Shown here: piece after piece, positions 61,281 through 64,000 of the stretch | Layout of the letters: each line of letters starts with the position of its first letter | Numbering within the stretch: the first letter of the stretch is position 1 | Source: Nitrosopumilus sp. | GTDB taxonomy: Archaea; Thermoproteota; Nitrososphaeria; Nitrososphaerales; Nitrosopumilaceae | NCBI GenBank assembly: GCA_965218695.1 | Contig: OZ244651.1 | Span: 2,048,001-2,112,000, forward strand | Length of the DNA stretch: 64,000 nucleotides | Reading direction: 5' to 3' | The notes under the pieces: model-generated | Told to the model about the DNA's origin: nothing | What the model saw: the letters and a program-made list of their open reading frames with translations, nothing else | Databases searched by the model: none | Program-made: the position numbers and the translations under genes

Positions 61281-62318
61281 TCACTCCTCCTCTAGGATCA
61301 GTTTTGACATCGTAGTTGCAGTTGGAATCTTCTGTTCCACTGCAAAGGCAACGGCTGCAAGGTTTCTTACCTCAAATGCCGTCAGTCTGGTGATCCCCAC
61401 TATGGTTGCAAAACTGAACATCTTTGTGAATGATCTCAGGCTGGTGCGGTAAATCTCCATCTCAAAGGCTCTCTCAAACGCCGCTATCAGGTCCAGATCG
61501 CCTTCAGTCTGCGGAACAAGTCCCTTGTACTTGGTGCCTGACAGCTCACCTAACGCATCCCTGATAGTCGCAGCTCCCATCATCCTGCCAAGCAGATCCC
61601 TTGCATGCGGGCTGGTGGGGATTATCAGATCCTGGATCTGCTCTTCCTGCAATTCCCAGAACTTCCCCCTTATCACGCTCTGTATGTTGTAAAAATCAAT
61701 GTCCATTGCAACCAGCTTTGTTGCCTCCTTGTCTGAGTAGTTCTTCATTGCACCTGCCAGATACTGGTACAGCATCTTGTCAAAGTACGTGTCAAATATC
61801 TGGATGTCTCCCTTCTCGTTGTACAGCGTTGCAGCCTTTCCGATCTCCTCGCCAAACTGTGCCTGGTTTAGGCCTGCCACGGCCTCATCTACATCCTTTG
61901 CAGTCAGTGCCTTCACTATCACATCCCTCTGTTTGATAAGTTCCTCTGCATGAAGGTTGACATGTCGTTCAATCTCCCTCTGAGGCTTTCCTAGGACTTT
62001 CCCCTTGAGGATCACCTTCAGGTTTGATATGATAAATTTCATATAGTATGCATCCAAGACGCCCGAGTCCCCTGACGTCTTTGCAATGGAGTGGTGGGTG
62101 TCGGCAAGCCTGCTTCTGAGGGCCGACTCGATGGCAATCGACGTGTACGGCTTTTGAAGGCCCGCAACCGCACCGGCATAGACTGTATTCTTGATTCTGG
62201 TAATCAACTCCTCCAGGTTTCTTGATTCTGCAAGAACCTGAAAGTCGGCCCTTGTCAGAAGCTTGCCCTTCTTGCTGTATGCCTTTACAGATGCATAGAC
62301 GTTCTTTGAGGAGCCCAT
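61281..62318 (-). CDS. atpC: A/V-type ATP synthase subunit C
   Basis: YASVKAYSKKGKLL, NLKVILKGK, DIDFYNI, EVRNL. Confidence 0.9.
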   Translation of the reverse strand: MGSSKNVYASVKAYSKKGKLLTRADFQVLAESRNLEELITRIKNTVYAGAVAGLQKPYTSIAIESALRSRLADTHHSIAKTSGDSGVLDAYYMKFIISNLKVILKGKVLGKPQREIERHVNLHAEELIKQRDVIVKALTAKDVDEAVAGLNQAQFGEEIGKAATLYNEKGDIQIFDTYFDKMLYQYLAGAMKNYSDKEATKLVAMDIDFYNIQSVIRGKFWELQEEQIQDLIIPTSPHARDLLGRMMGAATIRDALGELSGTKYKGLVPQTEGDLDLIAAFERAFEMEIYRTSLRSFTKMFSFATIVGITRLTAFEVRNLAAVAFAVEQKIPTATTMSKLILEEE

Positions 62319-62483
62319 TTCGATGAAACCTTTCTGAACTGCGGATTTTAATGTTTGGCGTTGGAATGGTACCATCCTATCATGCAGCAGGGAATACGGA
62401 TCGCATCCTGCAGAGACGATCCCAGTCTAGGCACCATCCTGGGCCCGGGCTTGTGGAGCCGCGCATGTGGCATTCTGCCGGAA

Positions 62484-63149
62484 TCATGTAATCTTGTCCA
62501 GAAACCTGATGGCATCCCTCTTCTCCTGTCTTGAGAGTCGCAGGAATGCTGACAGCATCTCCTTTTGGATCGTCAGCGAGTCATCTGAGATCTCCCTCAG
62601 TCTTGTCAGATCAAAGGGCAGCAGATCCTCGATCTCCCCGTTGCAAAACGCCCTGACATACATCTCGATTATCGAGTATGTAAAGCTGGGACTGACTCCC
62701 AGCATGCTGCGTATGATTCCCTCAAACTCCCTCTCTTCGGGCTCTGCCCCGGCAAAGAACTCTGTCAGGAGCTTCTCCCTGCTGCCGATCTCCCTTATTG
62801 CCACTGCTGCCAGAATTCCCCTTCTGGTCAGATGATAGTATGGAATTCCCTTCTCCTGAAGTACTCTGGGCCCCCTGCTCAATGGAAGCCTGCCGTCCTC
62901 CTCTGCCATCCCCACAGGCAGCAGAACCTCATCAAGATCGCGAAATATCCCCGAATAGATGTTCTTTGATGCAATCCCGTGTCTCCTTGCGATGTTCTGG
63001 GAGATTCCCGTCCTAGTCCTCTCCGTGGGATTTGGATTCTCTGCAAGAATCGCAATAATGGCCCGCTGCCTGTCTGCCTCCCCTGTCCTGACGCCCCTCT
63101 TGGTCTTGAACGTGTTGAAGATCGCTAATCTTGTGCCTGATGCTGCCAT
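62484..63149 (-). CDS. Putative winged-helix regulator divergent from amt
   Basis: HTH-like segment and YYHLTRRG wing. Confidence 0.6.
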   Translation of the reverse strand: MAASGTRLAIFNTFKTKRGVRTGEADRQRAIIAILAENPNPTERTRTGISQNIARRHGIASKNIYSGIFRDLDEVLLPVGMAEEDGRLPLSRGPRVLQEKGIPYYHLTRRGILAAVAIREIGSREKLLTEFFAGAEPEEREFEGIIRSMLGVSPSFTYSIIEMYVRAFCNGEIEDLLPFDLTRLREISDDSLTIQKEMLSAFLRLSRQEKRDAIRFLDKIT

Positions 63150-63185
63150 CGTCTGCTCACAGTGATTTAATTTTCATTTTCTATG

Positions 63186-63256
63186 TTAGTATCAAGATAT
63201 ACTAAAATATAACAATTTACTTTTTTCCAACTTTTCAAGTCTTGAATCTTTAAATA
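63186..63256 (+). promoter_or_regulatory. Divergent promoter with two inverted repeats and a TATA box
   Basis: TTAGTAT-N6-ATACTAA (63186-63205); TTCAAG-T-CTTGAA (63234-63246); TTTAAATA (63249-63256). Confidence 0.55.
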
Positions 63257-63278
63257 ATTTTCATCGCTGGATAGTTTA

Positions 63279-64000
63279 ATGAATTCTAAGAACCACAAGT
63301 ATGCTCTATTACTTGTGGCCGCAGTAGCCATGACAGCAACTGGCGCATTGTCTCAGGCATATGCCCAGAATGTTGAAGATGGTATGGACGGATATGTCAA
63401 GGGGACCAGTGGTATCTACACTGGAAACCCCAACGAATGCTGGTATGACGACGGCGAAGGAGGTATGCTCCCATGTCTTATTGACACGGGTGATACTGCC
63501 TGGATGCTGACGGCAACATCACTGGTACTCTTCATGTCTCCGGGAGTCGGTTTCTTCTATGGCGGTCTTGCCAGATCGAAGAACATCGTCAACGTACTTG
63601 GTATGACCCTGATAGTTATGGGCCTCATGTCAGTGCAATGGATTCTATGGGGGTATTCGCTGGCATTCGGCGCAATTGATTCGGACGCAAACATGTACAT
63701 GGGTAATCTGGACTACGCAGGGTTTAACTTGGTATCGCCGTACGCACCGTTAGGTGAAGTCGGGCCATGTCAGGACACGTGGGCCGCAGCCTATCAGATG
63801 AATGAGTTCAAGGACGGGGACTATTGTAGCGTAAGTTGGCCGGGGACTATTCCTCACCAGCTCTTTGCAATGTTCCAGGGAACCTTCGCAATCATCACAC
63901 CAGTTCTCATAATTGGTGGTCTGATTGACAGAATCAAGTTCAGCGCAATAATCATATTCATGCTCCTGTGGGGAACCTTCGTCTATGACCCAATAGCACA
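63279..64000 (+). CDS. amt: Ammonium transporter (partial, runs off window)
   Basis: Manual translation: signal-like N-terminus, DTGDTAWML..LFMSPGVGFFYGGLARSKN, FQGTFAIITP. Confidence 0.95.
   Translation, partial: MNSKNHKYALLLVAAVAMTATGALSQAYAQNVEDGMDGYVKGTSGIYTGNPNECWYDDGEGGMLPCLIDTGDTAWMLTATSLVLFMSPGVGFFYGGLARSKNIVNVLGMTLIVMGLMSVQWILWGYSLAFGAIDSDANMYMGNLDYAGFNLVSPYAPLGEVGPCQDTWAAAYQMNEFKDGDYCSVSWPGTIPHQLFAMFQGTFAIITPVLIIGGLIDRIKFSAIIIFMLLWGTFVYDPIA

Overview
Archaeal chromosome segment from an ammonia-oxidising archaeon (Nitrosopumilaceae/Thaumarchaeota-type gene set: aIF2alpha-nop10, aglB, rps6e-aIF2gamma-PIN, priL-priS, nfo, glyS, Lsm-metK, lhr, RPA, grpE-dnaK-dnaJ, tmk-HD-pyrH, A-ATPase C, amt; tRNA-Gly/Gln/Leu). 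Roughly 18 kb (about 28%) is insertion sequence (IS5-type, IS110, IS6, ISH3, IS66, IS481, IS630 and a 92-bp MITE), most with terminal repeats and target duplications readable directly. The IS load suggests a host-associated lineage (inference). Highlights: (1) primase large subunit fused in-frame to a 281-aa N-terminal domain with an RxxxxH HEPN-like motif; (2) an archaeal IS110 whose 5' non-coding region carries a 10-nt exact copy of its inferred insertion-site junction (bridge/seekRNA guide candidate); (3) six mobile elements stacked or nested in one 15-bp palindrome upstream of rps6e; (4) an IS630 with a convergent HTH-only paralogue of its transposase; (5) two IS481 elements with 15-bp target duplications just upstream of TATA-like boxes. 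No CRISPR array seen. Protein assignments are from motif recognition only; no database searches were run.
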